The notes under the pieces are model-generated. The model made no database searches and had not been told where the DNA came from. It saw only the letters and a list, made by a program, of their open reading frames with translations. Positions 40,581 through 53,993 of a stretch of 64,000 nt of DNA are shown here, piece after piece. Source of the DNA: Anolis carolinensis. Taxonomy: Eukaryota. The stretch's first letter is position 1; each line of letters opens with the position of its first letter. Location of the stretch: contig NC_085841.1 of the NCBI RefSeq assembly GCF_035594765.1, positions 229,059,326 through 229,123,325 of the forward strand, given 5' to 3'. The translations under genes and the position numbers were made by a program.

Positions 40581-40820
40581 ACTACAGGAAAGGAGATTCC
40601 ACCTGAACATCACAAAGAACTTCCTCACTGTGAGAGCTGTTCGGCAGTGGAACTCTCTGCCCCGGACTGTGGTGGAGGCTCCTTCTTTGGAGGCTTTTAA
40701 GCAGAGGCTGGATGGCCATCTGTCGGGGGTGCTTTGAATGCGATTTCCTGCTACTTGGCAGGGGGTTGGACTGGATGGCCCATGAGGTCTCTTCCAACTC
40801 TACTATTCTATGATTCTATG
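40581..40820 (+). mobile_element. Young CR1 3' end
   Basis: Almost identical to 15729-15962. Tail ctattctatgattctatg. Confidence 0.93.
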
Positions 40821-42632
40821 TATGCCAGACAGAGAATATCAAGGCCAATGAATATTTTTTTTTCAAATCTGAAAAGGAGTGTGAAAGGACAAGAGGCTGG
40901 TGTTAATTTTTTAAACATTCATTCCTTTCTTGTCTTCAAAAAATTCCCTCCCCTTAACTGGTGGAAAAGGTACCGGGTGCACGCTTGAGTGAGTGCACCT
41001 TTTTTCCTCCTAAACAAACAGCATGGAGTAATAAGATTACCCCCCCCCCTGCTCTTTTCTGGCTACAACTTCAGTCCAATGCCAGCTTCTAAGATTGCTT
41101 CAGTTAGAAAGCCAAATTATTTTTAGAAATGCAAAATCGTTTACAATATATAATCTGGTCCAAACTCTTATGGACAGTGGCCAGGATCCAGGAACTTCAA
41201 GTATTTGCCATTAATATGTCAGTTATAGCTAAATAAGGATTAACCTTCAAAAGGAACGTGGAACCAATCTACAGTAGATGATGAACTCTTAGTGCATTTG
41301 TAGCTTGAGGACTGCTGCATTGTTGAAATATACTACAGAGTCTGAATCATCATTAGAAATCCTATATCTTTAATAGGTTGTGATACCAATGGTATTATAT
41401 TTAAACAAATGAACTTAAAATGAAAGTGGGGTGGATCAGAATTGTTAAATTTACATTTTCACCTTAAAAACATACTTTTCTTTAGCATTTCAGCTTCTTG
41501 GTTTGTTTATGTGTAGGGGAGAGGAAGACAGGGAAAGCGACTTCTTTCATTTTTTAGATAGTAGCCAAAGACATGAATATTTCAATTTTAAAACACCTTT
41601 TGAAATGCCCTCATTGCAAATACTGTGCATACCGTCTTTGTGCTCTGCAGTCAAACTGGACAATGGAACGACCACCTGTTAACTGCTAACAACATGTCAT
41701 TACCAGTTCTCATGCCTTTTTAAAGCAATTTTGGCTCTGGCTGCCAATAATTCTGGCGACGATACTGGTGTGAACATTAAGGGCATAGAAAGCCAAAGGC
41801 AGAAAACTGACAATACAGTTTGTGCTTTGACTACTAATAAGTAAGTGAATGCTAACATTTTTCTAATTCCACATAATTACTGAGTCTCAGAGGGCCAAAG
41901 GAAAATTCCAAATACATATTTTTGAAGCAACTCAATCTACACTATTCAAACATCCACAAAACTTATATCTGTGCAGTTTTCACACTAGATTGTTTCTACT
42001 TCCAAAACAAAGTTTAGGCACGACAGGGGCTCCTCATAACTTTTTGTAGTTCAAGTGCTGGGTTGTGCGCTAACTTTATATCATTGGTGGGAACTTGATC
42101 TGTCTTCTAAATCATTATTGAAGAGATGTTAGAATTATGATGCCAAGAAGTATAAAAGACAACAACAAATGGTGAGACAGCTTAAGGGCATTCTGCCAAA
42201 AAAATGGCAAAGAGGTAGAGGCCCTGGGATTGTATCTCTTCACCATGAGCCATTTATAAACAGAGTTGAACAAAGCAATGATAAAGAGGCTTTACTCAAG
42301 ATGAAAAGGAATGGGGCGCACATCCTAATATGAGCAAGCTAGAGAAGCCTACACATACTACAGTAATGAATGCATACAAAATTACTTTATATATGTCTAT
42401 ATATCTTCTATATTTGGAAGTTAGATGCACTGTCAATTTATTTGTGCCTAAATTAGCCAATATTTCAGTACAGTTAATTAATACCTCAATATTCCAGACG
42501 TTGAATGGATTTAAAAGCTGTAGAACTCCAAAAATATGTTATCAGTAGCATCAAGTTGGGTACGGGAAAAGAAACTACTGTGCTAGAAGGGACATTTTGC
42601 TGATTCCAAATGGTGCAGTATTTCTTGAAATT

Positions 42633-42716
42633 AGGTAAAGGTAAAGGTTTCCCCTGACGTTAAGTCTAGGTCTGTCTGACTCTGAGGGTTAGTGCTCATC
42701 TCCATTTCTAAGCTGA
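42633..42716 (-). mobile_element. Sauria SINE 3' fragment
   Basis: aggtaaaggtaaaggtttcccctgacgttaagt...catctccatttctaagc. Confidence 0.85.
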
Positions 42717-43020
42717 ACAGCCCCCAAATAAACTTGTATGTTTGTGCCTCATAAGAATCAATGGGAACTTTATTACAAAACTGACATGAAATGCAAATGA
42801 TCTTGCCATTTTGGATAGGGGACATCATTTAACTACATTATTATACATAATGAGACTTGAGCATCCATGGATTTTGGTAATCATTGGGAATCCTAGAATC
42901 TAACTCCATCGGATACTAAAGGCCCATTTTTAATGTAAATGAAATTCATATTAACTGTATGCTTTCAAGGATGTAAGAAAAGCTAATATTCACTGCACAG
43001 TTGTAGCAGTTTGATACCAC

Positions 43021-43326
43021 AAAGCTAAAGGTTTCCCCCTGACATTAAGTCTAGGCCTGTCCAACTCTGAGGGTTGGTGCTCATCTCCATTTCTAAGCTG
43101 AAGTGCCGGCATTGTCCATAGATACCTCCAAGGTCATGTGGCCGGCATGACTGAATGGAGCACCATTACCTTCCTGCCAGAGCGATACTTATTGATCTAC
43201 TCACATTTGCATGTTTTCAAACTGCTAGGTTGGCAGAAGCTAGGGCTAACAGCTCCCCGGATTCAAACTGCTGGTCAGCAAGTTCAGCAGCTCAGCAGTT
43301 TAACCCACTGCAACACTGAGGGCTCC
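43021..43326 (-). mobile_element. Sauria SINE inserted in a palindromic MITE
   Basis: Sauria sequence with an internal deletion. Flanks agtttgataccac / ttaactgcca rejoin the MITE family seen at 50670 and 60935. Confidence 0.85.
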
Positions 43327-43989
43327 TTATTAACTGCCACTGTTTTCTCTTATGAAATGTGTTTAATGCGAAACTTAGAATTCTGCAGTGCATTCTCTAT
43401 ATTGCCTATCTCTGGTATAGAATTCTTAAGCCTCTTTCTAAACTACTATTCATCAGATTTCATGGAATGAAGACATGGCAGTTAAAGTAGTATCAAAGTG
43501 TTCTATTTGTTTAGTTTGAAGACACCATTAATACCATCTCCTAAGGGTAAGGCTTATGCCTCTAAGCTAGATTTTGACTTTACTTGGGATGAACATTCCC
43601 CGAAAAGCTCCACGTGACAAGAGGATTGTCATGGAAGCAGAAGATCATTGCTGAAGGTAGCCACTGTTACATCAGTGAAAGAGATAACAATATGGTCTCA
43701 ACAGCAGTGGGAGGACAGAGTGCAGGATTAAGTATGTTTCTGATTCTGTTGATTCTGTTTTCTTTTCTTGGGTGAGTCTTTATGCATGGTGCTATGCCAA
43801 TTCCCTGGCCTTGGGATCATATATGTGGATATGCCTAAAAGATGGGTTGGGCCCAATAGCTTTCAGTTAGCATTATGGGACTGAGTGAAGTTTTTTTCTG
43901 GTATATCAAATTATAACTACATTATGTTTAGGACTGAGTTGTGCAAGCACTGCTGCATTCAATGCTGGAGGTACCTGGCCAGATCTAAT

Positions 43990-44843
43990 AAGAGGGGGTA
44001 GGCAGTAAGTAGGCCACATTTCCCTCTATGAACTGGCTCGGGCTCAAAGATCTGCTCAAAGGTCTTCCTCTCGCTCCTGCCACCATCACAAGCATGGTTG
44101 GTGGAGACGGGAGAGAGGGTCTTCTCGGTAGTGGCCCCCAAGCTTAGAGATTCCCTTCCACAGGAAATCAGACAAGCCCTAACTTTGTCCACCTTTCATA
44201 GAGACTTGAAAACTTGGTTGTTTCCACTTGCTGTTGACACTGCCTAGTCCCTAGTCACAAATACTCAGTCCCTAGGTTTAACAAAATGTTACTCTCTTCA
44301 CGTTATCCAAAACCTGGCCCTATCTATGCAGCTTCCACTACCCCATGGCCAGCCTTTGTTTTTCCCAATCACACCCATTGTACTATGGCAACTGGTTTCG
44401 ATGAGTATTGTTATGCGGCTGTTTTAAATTCTTATGTTTTATTCAACTTGTGTTTTTAACTGTTTTATTTTTTAAAAGGAAAAAAAGTTAGACATCAAGG
44501 AAAGACCCAAACATTTTAAAAGTTGGTGCCCTCCACATGTGGTGATTTTCACCCCTTTAGCCCTAGATCTGAGTGTGTGTGTGGGGGGGTGAGCCTCAGA
44601 AGCCTTCCCATTGCCACCAATGTCACAAAAAAACCCAACTTTTTTTGTAACCGAGACAAAAATTCTATTTGTATAGGTGCCCCGTTTTTGGAAATGGAAA
44701 CAAATACAAAAATGAGACAAAATGAATGAAAGTACACAAAACGAGCAGCAATTCCATACAAATGCACAACACTAGTACTTTGTCCCATATGTAAGCAGAC
44801 TCGAGTCCTGTTTGGGAGATGGTGGCAGGGAATAAGAATAAAG

Positions 44844-44890
<47 letters not shown>
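43990..44890 (+). mobile_element. L2 ORF2 end and 3' UTR with (GTT)n tail, interrupted at ~44470-44775 by a probable DNA-element remnant
   Basis: ERVFSVVAPKL..SLPQEIRQALTLSTFHRDLKTWLF. Tail tgtaagcagactcgagtcc...aataaa and (GTT)n at 44843-44890. Confidence 0.75.
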
Positions 44891-44895
<5 letters not shown>

Positions 44896-45423
44896 TGCTC
44901 CCCACTTCATGAAGGGGAATCCCCTCAAAAACAGGGGTTTCCAGCAACACTGAGTAGTGACCAATTTTCCCCTAATGCCCCCTCAATAGCATCACATCAA
45001 GTGTTCATGGCATGTATTATTTTGAACTAGAATTTTCATTGCTTTTCTTCTATTGTTTTAAGGCATCTAAAATTTTATGAGTGGATCTGGGCAATTTTCT
45101 CATGTAAATAATGGCTTCTGATTTGCCTACTTACTCAAGAGAAGTCTCAGGCTAATGGAAACCATGTTCCAATATGACATATGTAGACCTCTTGTACACA
45201 CAGCCATTTATATTTTAAGCCCAAATGATATATCAGCTATCTCAATCAGCTTTAAGTACAAGTTTTAAGCATCTCTCATTGGTTCCATCTGCATGTACTA
45301 CAGAAAAAAGTACTCAAATGTATACCATTATTCTTACACAGAAGTCATTCAAATCATTCAGTAGTTCAACTTGTATTACTGATATAACTTAATATATCTT
45401 TAAAGATATACAATAGGACTTAC

Positions 45424-45541
45424 TTAAGGACCTTCTGTTTTCTGCTTTTGGTTCCTTAGAATCAGTTTCAAAACTGTTCAATAATTCAGAACTAGATGAT
45501 CTTGCAATCTTGTTCCTTGACATGTTACTTTTGTCTTTTGG
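45424..45541 (-). CDS. ARHGAP15: ARHGAP15 coding exon (PH-GAP linker), 118 nt, phase 0-1
   Basis: ttccctcttttag|CCAAAAGAC...AGGTCCTTAA|gtaagt. Translates PKDKSNMSRNKIARSSSSELLNSFETDSKEPKAENRRSL+1 nt. Frame is continuous with both flanking exons. Confidence 0.93.
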
Positions 45542-47513
45542 CTAAAAGAGGGAAGAAATAACAAATGAATATGCTTTTCGCCTAGACTCCAATGAATTTA
45601 ATGTATAATGCTTTTATGAGACTGTACCCTACTCTCCTTATGCTGGTTTATGACCTTAATAAAGATTTGTGTATGATTTTAAGAAGTTTTTGACACCAAC
45701 TCAAACCTAGAAAACTGAAATCCACACATTCTATATTGTAAATGAAATAGAGATGTATCATACAAAAATGCCTAATATAACATTATAGCAATTATGATAG
45801 TTAAAGTAATTCTGCAAATTAAAAAAAAATCAGGAATGAAAATGTACTGGAGACTAGTATATTTAGCGCCCACATTTGGAGATAATGATTAATATTTTTT
45901 CAATTCAGTAAATGTAGGATGCATAACACAGGAAGAGCATAGTTCTGCAACACTAATTTATTTTCACTAGAAAAATTGACCATGTGCTTCGCTGTATTTC
46001 TTTGGATTCAAAGGATTTTTAAAGCTTTTGTTCACTTTCTACTTTTAAGCTAGTAATTTTTGTTGCATTAATGTTTGCAACTACTGTATTTGCATTGTTT
46101 CTAGGATCTCTCCTCCATGTGCACTTACCTTTGAATAAGTGCAAGTGAATATAGTAGGAAATATTGCCAATGAATAGGATACATTAATTTATCCTATTGG
46201 TTATGTGTGTGTTTTCAAGATTATTATGTATGTTGAATCCAAACAGAGAAAGACTTAATTTGTGGTTGCCCGTGTATTCAGGTGCACAATAATTGAAAGC
46301 AGGAATGATATATGTCATATATAGAATTATAGCATGCCTATTTCATTGCATGTCACAATTCTTCTTAAGATTTAACATGCAAAGGAACTTATTATGTTAT
46401 CCACCCCATGTGGCTAACTCCAACCACTTCACTGTACTAATGCATTAAAAAAAAATCAGAAATTGCAAACTCTCTGATCCATAGGCAACTGTTGTAGACG
46501 TATATGATTCCACCCATTATTAAGGGAAGCACTATGGGGAATTTATTGCCAGTAGACATTCAATCTTATATTTACTTATTCAAAAGAAGCCACATTAAAT
46601 TCAGTAGAAGTCTCATAAAATTAAATACAATTTACTCCTAGATAAGTTTGTTTAGAATCATTTTTGAAGATATTAAAAACAGGTTGTCCTGAAAAATTGA
46701 AGCAACTATTTTAAAAAATAAATATTACAATCCTGTAGTATTACTATAGCAATCTCACTTTCAAAGTATGTTATAATTCCTAGTTTATACAATTGCCCAT
46801 TAGTGCTTTAAAAGAAGATCACACTTTAAAATGCCAACAGTCTCAGCAAGGTCTAATTAAAAATCCAGAGAACAATTGTGTCACAAACCAAAAATAATAT
46901 ATATTCTACACATGTAGCATAATTAGAAAATAGAAACTGTGGAATTCATACAACGCGTGGTGAATAGGAGAAGGAATAAACAGAAACTGGGAGGGGGAAC
47001 AATTAAAATGGCTGTCAGAAAATGCAACTGTAAAAGATCAGAGAGCGGAAGAGACATAACAGAAATCACATATAAAATAATATTTGCTAGTATTATTCTG
47101 ACAAAATAATGAATGAAAATGCATAAAAGATTCATATGTATTAATAGTCCTATCAAAGATTGTATAAATAGAAAAAAGTAAGAATTTATTAGATCTTAAG
47201 CACTTCTGTGTTTCTATAACTCTCAGAGTAAATTGCCAATGTCATTATGTCACAACAATAGTTGTATCATTCTATTTCAGGAGATGATCAAATCAGAATC
47301 TAGGCATCCTGTTTTTGTGACATCTTAAAAAACTAAATTATACACCAATTTATATATTAATAAAAATGTGTATGTGTGATTTTTAAAAATAATGTTTCCT
47401 CTTCTAAAATCAATTTTTCTGTTCTAAAATGCTAGCTGCCAAAGCATATGAGGCTTGAATCACTGAAAAGGAAGTGCAATTTTTTTTTTGTTACAGCTAA
47501 GACAAATACATAC

Positions 47514-47612
47514 CAATCTCTCAATTGCATTTTTGATAGCATGGAACCATTCTAAGATGACAATGTCAATATCTGATTGAAGAAGGACCTCATTTCCTGA
47601 TATTGTTGTGAT
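47514..47612 (-). CDS. ARHGAP15: ARHGAP15 coding exon (C-terminal part of PH domain), 99 nt, phase 0-0
   Basis: Minus strand: ccttttatttag|ATCACAACA...GAGAGATTG|gtatgt. Translates ITTISGNEVLLQSDIDIVILEWFHAIKNAIERL, matching recalled mammalian ARHGAP15 ITTVSGNEFLLQSDIDFIILDWFHAIKNAIDRL. Confidence 0.95.
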
Positions 47613-47824
47613 CTAAATAAAAGGAAAAAATCAAATGAGTAATATAGACTAATATATTCACCTATACATATATTATTCAAAGTCTGATAGAGAGCAATTT
47701 GGACATCATCTTCCAATGATGCTAATTATTTCACAAATATATACAGTATACTGCTTTCCTTACTCAATAGCTTACAAATTCAGAGAAGCAAAAACACACT
47801 TTGAACAGAATATAGTCAAAAGTA

Positions 47825-48030
47825 CAGTAGAGCCTCACTTATCCAATGTTCTGGATTATCCAACGCATTTTTGTAGTCAATGTTTTCAATACATTGTGAT
47901 ATTTTGGTGCTAAATTCGTAAATACAGTAATTACTACATAGCATTACTGCGTATTGAACTACTTTTTCTGTCAAATTTGTTGTATAACATGATGTTTTGG
48001 TGCTTAATTTGTAAAATCATAACCTAATTT
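47825..48030 (+). mobile_element. Truncated Tigger/mariner MITE
   Basis: Terminus ta|cagtagagcctcacttatccaa. The other end was not found. Confidence 0.65.
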
Positions 48031-50669
48031 AAGGTAACAGAAAAAAATAGATAGAAATATTTTCAAACATATTTTCATGTTCTCACTCTTAATCCACATC
48101 AACCTGTTTTGACATAGATAGGATAGGCTATGTACACTCCACTACTGTATTTTTAAAACAAATGATTGAAATTAAAGTGTATACTGTCTACAAAATGTCT
48201 ACTGATTTGCATTAAAAGTGAAATATCTAGGAAAATTTGGAGGTGCAGGCAGAATGTTCAAAAAAGTTTTTAAAAGGCAAAAACAGTTTTGGTTAGCTTG
48301 CATCACCTGTTAACTATTTGTCCCAAGTTTTGATTTCACATTTTTCCAAACCAGAAGCTTTTATGCTCTTGGGCTTCGCCTCCCAGAAGCTTCAACCATA
48401 CATAGCTAATGGTCAGAAATGGTAAGAACTACAAAGATGAATATCATAAACATTACATCCTTCTCAAATCTGTCAGGAAAATATATTGTTCTGCATTTTT
48501 TTTAGTCGCATGGTTTTCAAATCTTTCTGTAGTTAGTACAAATATATATCCTTTCTTTGTTCATCTTGTATTAAGTCCCCTTCCCCTTTAGAACAGTGCC
48601 AGAGTTAAAGCACATGTTAATGTTTCTATACACCGGACAATATTATAATAAAAGATGTGTTTTAAGTGTCTTTCACTGTCAGATTGAAAGCTTCTAATAT
48701 CACTTATTTAGGTGTGAGTGGTCTTAGATTTGGCTCTAGAACTCAACTTTTGATCCTCAATATGCTTTAGATCTCAATTTTCAGAAGTTTTGGCCAGCCT
48801 GGCCAATGGTCTAGGGTTCTGGAATTATAACACAAATTATCTGGAAGACCAAGGATGATGTCTACTGCCAAAAATAACCCAGTAATCTTATGGTATCTAA
48901 GGCCCCTTCTACACTGTGATATAATCCAGTTCAAAGTAGATAATCTGGATTTTATATGGCACTGTAGAAGGGGTCTGAGAAAGAACTTTCACTACTTTCA
49001 TTGCTATGATTCAACAAGATTTCCAGATAATGACTCTTGTCATGGGTAGAAATGCTAGAAAGTATCATATGCTCACTTCTTTATGATATAAACAGCATTC
49101 CATTTTTCAACCCTAAAAATATACAACAATTAAGCTTTGAGTGTTATAAAAGTCAAATTATGTATATAAAATGGAAATGTGTATGTACATCTTCCAGGCA
49201 CTTGCTGACAAATGGTGACCCTTTGCCATTATTACCCCCAGAATCTCCTCTGCTCTTGTTTGAAGGAATATAACTATAGTTAACAGGGAATAAATCCCAC
49301 TGAGCAGATCAGGAATTCTTTCTGAGTAAATATGCACATCATCAGCATACATGCATTTTCCAACAATTAACGGTACTTTGCAAAACAACAACATAAACAA
49401 TGTTTCTAATTCTACACTTAAGATTTCTAGAAAAACAAAACAGTCACTTCACTAGATCAATTATGTGAACTTCCACAATAGTTTTCTGTGTAAATCTTAG
49501 AACAGCTATTGGTTCATGTAATTTGTAAGACCTAAAATATAAGATGTTGGCAGTGATTAAGTTTAAATTAAAAATATTCCCTGATATTCTATGAGTGTGA
49601 AAAGTTTGCATAACATTAGCTTTCATTGTGATTTACAGAATGGTGACATTCTGAAACAGGAAACACATTTGACATGACGTGAAAACTTTTGTGAGCGTTC
49701 CTGTTTTAGCAGCAGTGTAAAGGTTATTAACTGATAGAGCTTTTCAAATTTACAAATTTCCATTTCGGTCAGGTTTCAGTTTTTTTTTTTTTTATAAATA
49801 ACACTGCAGATGTATTAATGTTCATTGAGACATGAATTAGACTAAACAAAATGGTCAATCCAATCTAGTACATCTCTTCCAGTACAAACAAACCACCACT
49901 TAAATTATTACAAGAAATAATACTTTCAAAGTAAAAGCAACACACATAATTAGAATGACTTTATTTTGAAGGCTTAAGAAGGAAGCAACATAGTTCACTC
50001 TTCCATTGAGTAAATTTCAGCTTTATTAAAACACAAGTATTGCAGTATTGCATAAACATTTGTACCCTTATGATATGTAAAAGAGATACTTCAGTGCTAA
50101 CAAGACCAAAGCAACATTCGTTTTGAAAGTGCCTTTGTTTTAATGTGCTGTTTGTAATAATCATCTACAATCGGTGATGGATGAATATATCAGCTAAAGT
50201 AGATCATAGAATAGGGAGAAGTGAATTCATTCAGTATACTCTCTATTTGAGATACAGTTCAAGTCCCTTTCTGTGTAATCTTCAGAGTTACGAGACAGTT
50301 TCAAGAAGACTGCTACTGCTCTCTACAGTTTGAATGCATCCACTTCTTAATTACAGTCAGTAATTGACTTTGTTCCATTCTGGCCTATACATTCAGAGAA
50401 AAGAAGTTTCAAATGCTTCAACTTGGTGTGTTACATTACACTCTTAGGCTTTTTTTTTTACCAGTTACTAGGATGTTAGATATCATTTAGGAAATAGATC
50501 AATGATAAATACATAGATAGATGTTAGATACCCACATCTTACACTCCCCTGCACACATAAACACCCTGCTTAGAAATCCTGATTAAAAACTCTCTAAAGA
50601 AATTGCTAAAAACACATCCATATTTGTAATGAAAATTTCAAAGACAATTTGGGAGTTGTGTTCCATCTT

Positions 50670-50876
50670 TGGGTGCATCTACATTGCAAAATTAACGCAA
50701 CTTCTCACCATCCTAACTGCCTTGGCTCAATGTTATGGAATCCTGGGACCTGTAGTTTGGTGAGGCATCCGCAGTCTTTCACAGAGAATACTAAAGTTAT
50801 TTTAACATTACAACTAGGATGCCATAACACCTAAAGTGGTGTCAAACAGTATTAATTTTACAGTGTAATGCACTCT
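50670..50876. mobile_element. Palindromic MITE family (other copies ~14825-14937, 31335-31505, 51815-51990, 60935-61145)
   Basis: Ends gggtgcatctaca / cagtgta..tgca. Shared core atggaatcctgggagttgtagtttggtgaggc and aaagtggtgtcaaac. Confidence 0.7.
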
Positions 50877-53291
50877 TAGAACCCATGGACCAAATAAGGT
50901 GAGGGAGAATGGACTTTGCGGCATCCAGATGATGTACAAGGCTGATTTATCCTAATACGTAGTAAGGCTGCTCAACTGTCCTGCATTAACCAAAGTTGGG
51001 AAATGTCCAGGAGTTTTCCTAAAGCTCTGGAGCTCACCCCCATTTTGGACATATGCAAACAGTTAACCAGAACAAATCATCCCGCCTCCTTGCTTGGTTT
51101 CACAGAGATGTTAGTGTGTAGTCTTGTTTTGTTCACTAAATTTTCCTTCCCTATTTCAGAGGCGATGAAGAGAGACAGGGTCAGAACTATTGGAAATTCA
51201 CAGTGAACTATACCATGACCACTGCTATTTTAAGGAACTCTATTGTGCCTTGATGAAGAGGCAGATAAATCTCACTCTTAGGGAGCGTCTCTCCTGTACA
51301 TTGATCATAGTCAGAAGGAGACTTTTTGACCTTCTGTCAGCATCTCCTTCGAAACAGACAATCTGTACTTTGTGCATCACATGTGTTGCCAAATTTGTAT
51401 GGTAATTAAAATTATGTGCACAAAGTTATGACACAAAGAAATCAAGGAACTGAAGTATATATGGCCATTTTAGTTTAAATTGAATCAATTGCTACGTGGT
51501 AAGTCAACACCTATTTGAATCCCATTGCTTCAATTGTTCAACTCTAGTTGGGACCAGCCACTAGATTTGTCCCTTTGTGCATTTTATCCTTCTAAAGAAA
51601 ATTAATTTTGCACAATTATGGACATAGCATTTGCATGGTATATTTCTAAAATAATGATAAATATACCAATCAATCAAGACAGCCACAGCTAACAAAGTAC
51701 AGAATTAGGGTTGAAATGAATGCTGTGTTAAGTACACTGTGTACTGCTTAAGATTCCTACTCTAAATCAAGGAAATATGATGTCAGTCTCAACTTGGACT
51801 AAGATGGTGTGAGGGAATGCAGTTTAACACCACCTTAATTCCTACGGCTCAGTGCTATGGAATCTTGGGAGTTGTAGTCTGGTGACGCACTAGCACACTC
51901 TTGTAAAACAGCAGGTCTTGTGATTCCATAACATTGAGTCATGACTGTTAAAGTGGTGTCATGCTGCATTAATTCAAAAATGTAAATGTCCCCCTCCCTC
52001 ATTTTCATTTTAATGTTAATTTAAGTAAGCTCACACTTACTTAAGGACTGTAAAACAATCTGTTGCATATTTAATGTACAATTCAATCCTTAAAAAGTTT
52101 GTGGATGGCACATTTACACTGACCACTTATCAAATAGGTTGGATGAATCAGCTCCATGGCAGCTAAATGACACAGAGTTGATCCGAATTAACACAGGCCA
52201 ATACCACCCTAAAGTGGCCGTGAACTTCATTAACCAAAGTTGAGGGATGCCAAACTGTGACTTTGGGCCTAGTAAACAGTTGGGGTAGTACTGAGATGAA
52301 ACGAGCTGCAAATGTTTGCACAGCCATCCCGTGTTCCCCTGGAGCTGAGGGTCCAAGGGACATGGTATGGCGCTCAATCCCTCATTCTCTTTGTTACAGT
52401 GGCAAACTGGTGTAACATGGCTTACTTGTCAACTGGAAGACACTAACCAGAGTGACATGGTGACCAGAAAAGGGAGATAGAGAAGAGGGGAGATTCCTTC
52501 TCTCTGACCTCTCAATTCCTGCATTTCTTTGGTGTCCTGGCTAATGTCACAATAGGCAACAAGCAATTGACACAAGCCATGTTGCATCCACTGGCCACCA
52601 CAACAAGGAGAATCAGGGGAGGGGGGCAGGAGCACTAAGCATGGATGCCTCCCTCTTGCCTCCTCAGGAGACAGAGTGGTGGTGGTTTAAACCATCTTGG
52701 GACCGATCTGGCATTCACCACTCCAAACCTGCCCTGGGATAAGTCGTATGGGTGGAGTCGCTGAGAGTTAGGGTGCTTCCAAACAGAAGTGAATGCCAAA
52801 GACAGAACACTCATGTAAACAGCAGTAGAAAAATAATCGGAATACTAAGCGCTTCCAGACAGTACAAAAATCCAGGTTTAAAATGGGGGGGGGGGGGTTA
52901 AAAAAATCCCAGGTCCCCACACAGATCTTACAGGCTTCCTCTGTATTGGAATAATATGGAGAGCGGATGGGAGACATACGGTTGAAGTTGTTTTTTAAAG
53001 AAGTGATTAGACCTCATATGTGCATATGCAAATATCTGAATGTACTGTACATACAAGCAAATTTCTTATCTCTCTCTTCTCCAATTCTTAATGCAAGCTC
53101 TGTTTAATATTATAAATTGTGAAATAAATTGTTTCAGAGAGTTCTAATTTCTCTATGTTTGTGCTTCCTTTAAATCAGCTGTGTGCCCAATCAGCTGTTT
53201 TGAGCTTTTAAAAGTGGACATGTGCTGGAGCAGTCTCCACAGGGGAGAGAGAAGAAAATTACATGTTTTGCATGACTGCAGGATTACACAG

Positions 53292-53993
53292 TGTCACACC
53301 TCAGCCTTGATTCACCTTGCTCTAGCACACAAACTCCACAGCAGGTTCGAGTCTTTGTAGTTTATTAAAGATAGCTAGTAAACAGTTCTTCAAAAAGCAA
53401 ATATAAAGCATCCAAAAGTCAGTTACAAATATAGTCTTGAGATATAAGTCCAGAGCTTACAAGGAATAAACAGCATCCAAAGAGAGCATGACAAATTCCC
53501 AGGAATATGGATACATGGACTGCAACATAATCCAAAACACAGCAGGAAAACTGTAGCTTGCTTCTCCGGTAGCGAGAAAGTTGCTTTGACAAAGCTTTTC
53601 CCCAAACGCACCCCTTTTAACACTCTTTGCAAAACATGAAAGCATGAAATGCCCTTGCACCCCCCCCCCCATCTGTTTGCATTCCTTACGCTATGCCGTA
53701 TCCTCAATTCCAAATGCTCAGCTCTATCTAAGGAGCCCGTCCTGTCAAGGTCAGTTTGCTGTTATTTTGCTGAGATTCATTATTAAGCTGGGAGCCTTCT
53801 ATCCTCCCTTCCTCTTTTCCCATGTCAGTTTGCACCTGGCTGGCTTCAGTAGTTTCAGGGTCATCAACTCCAGCCCTCTCTGTGGTAAACTGAACTTGCA
53901 CCTCTGTTCCTCATTTTCCTTTCAGGCTGATTCTGAACTTGAATCCCTCTTTCCTCATCAGATTCAATCCTAGATCCAAGCTGAGTCACAACA
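53292..53993 (-). mobile_element. Solo LTR (702 bp)
   Basis: TGT...ACA termini, 5-bp TSD cacag (53287-53291 and 53994-53998), and AATAAA on the minus strand (tttatt ~53361). Confidence 0.88.
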
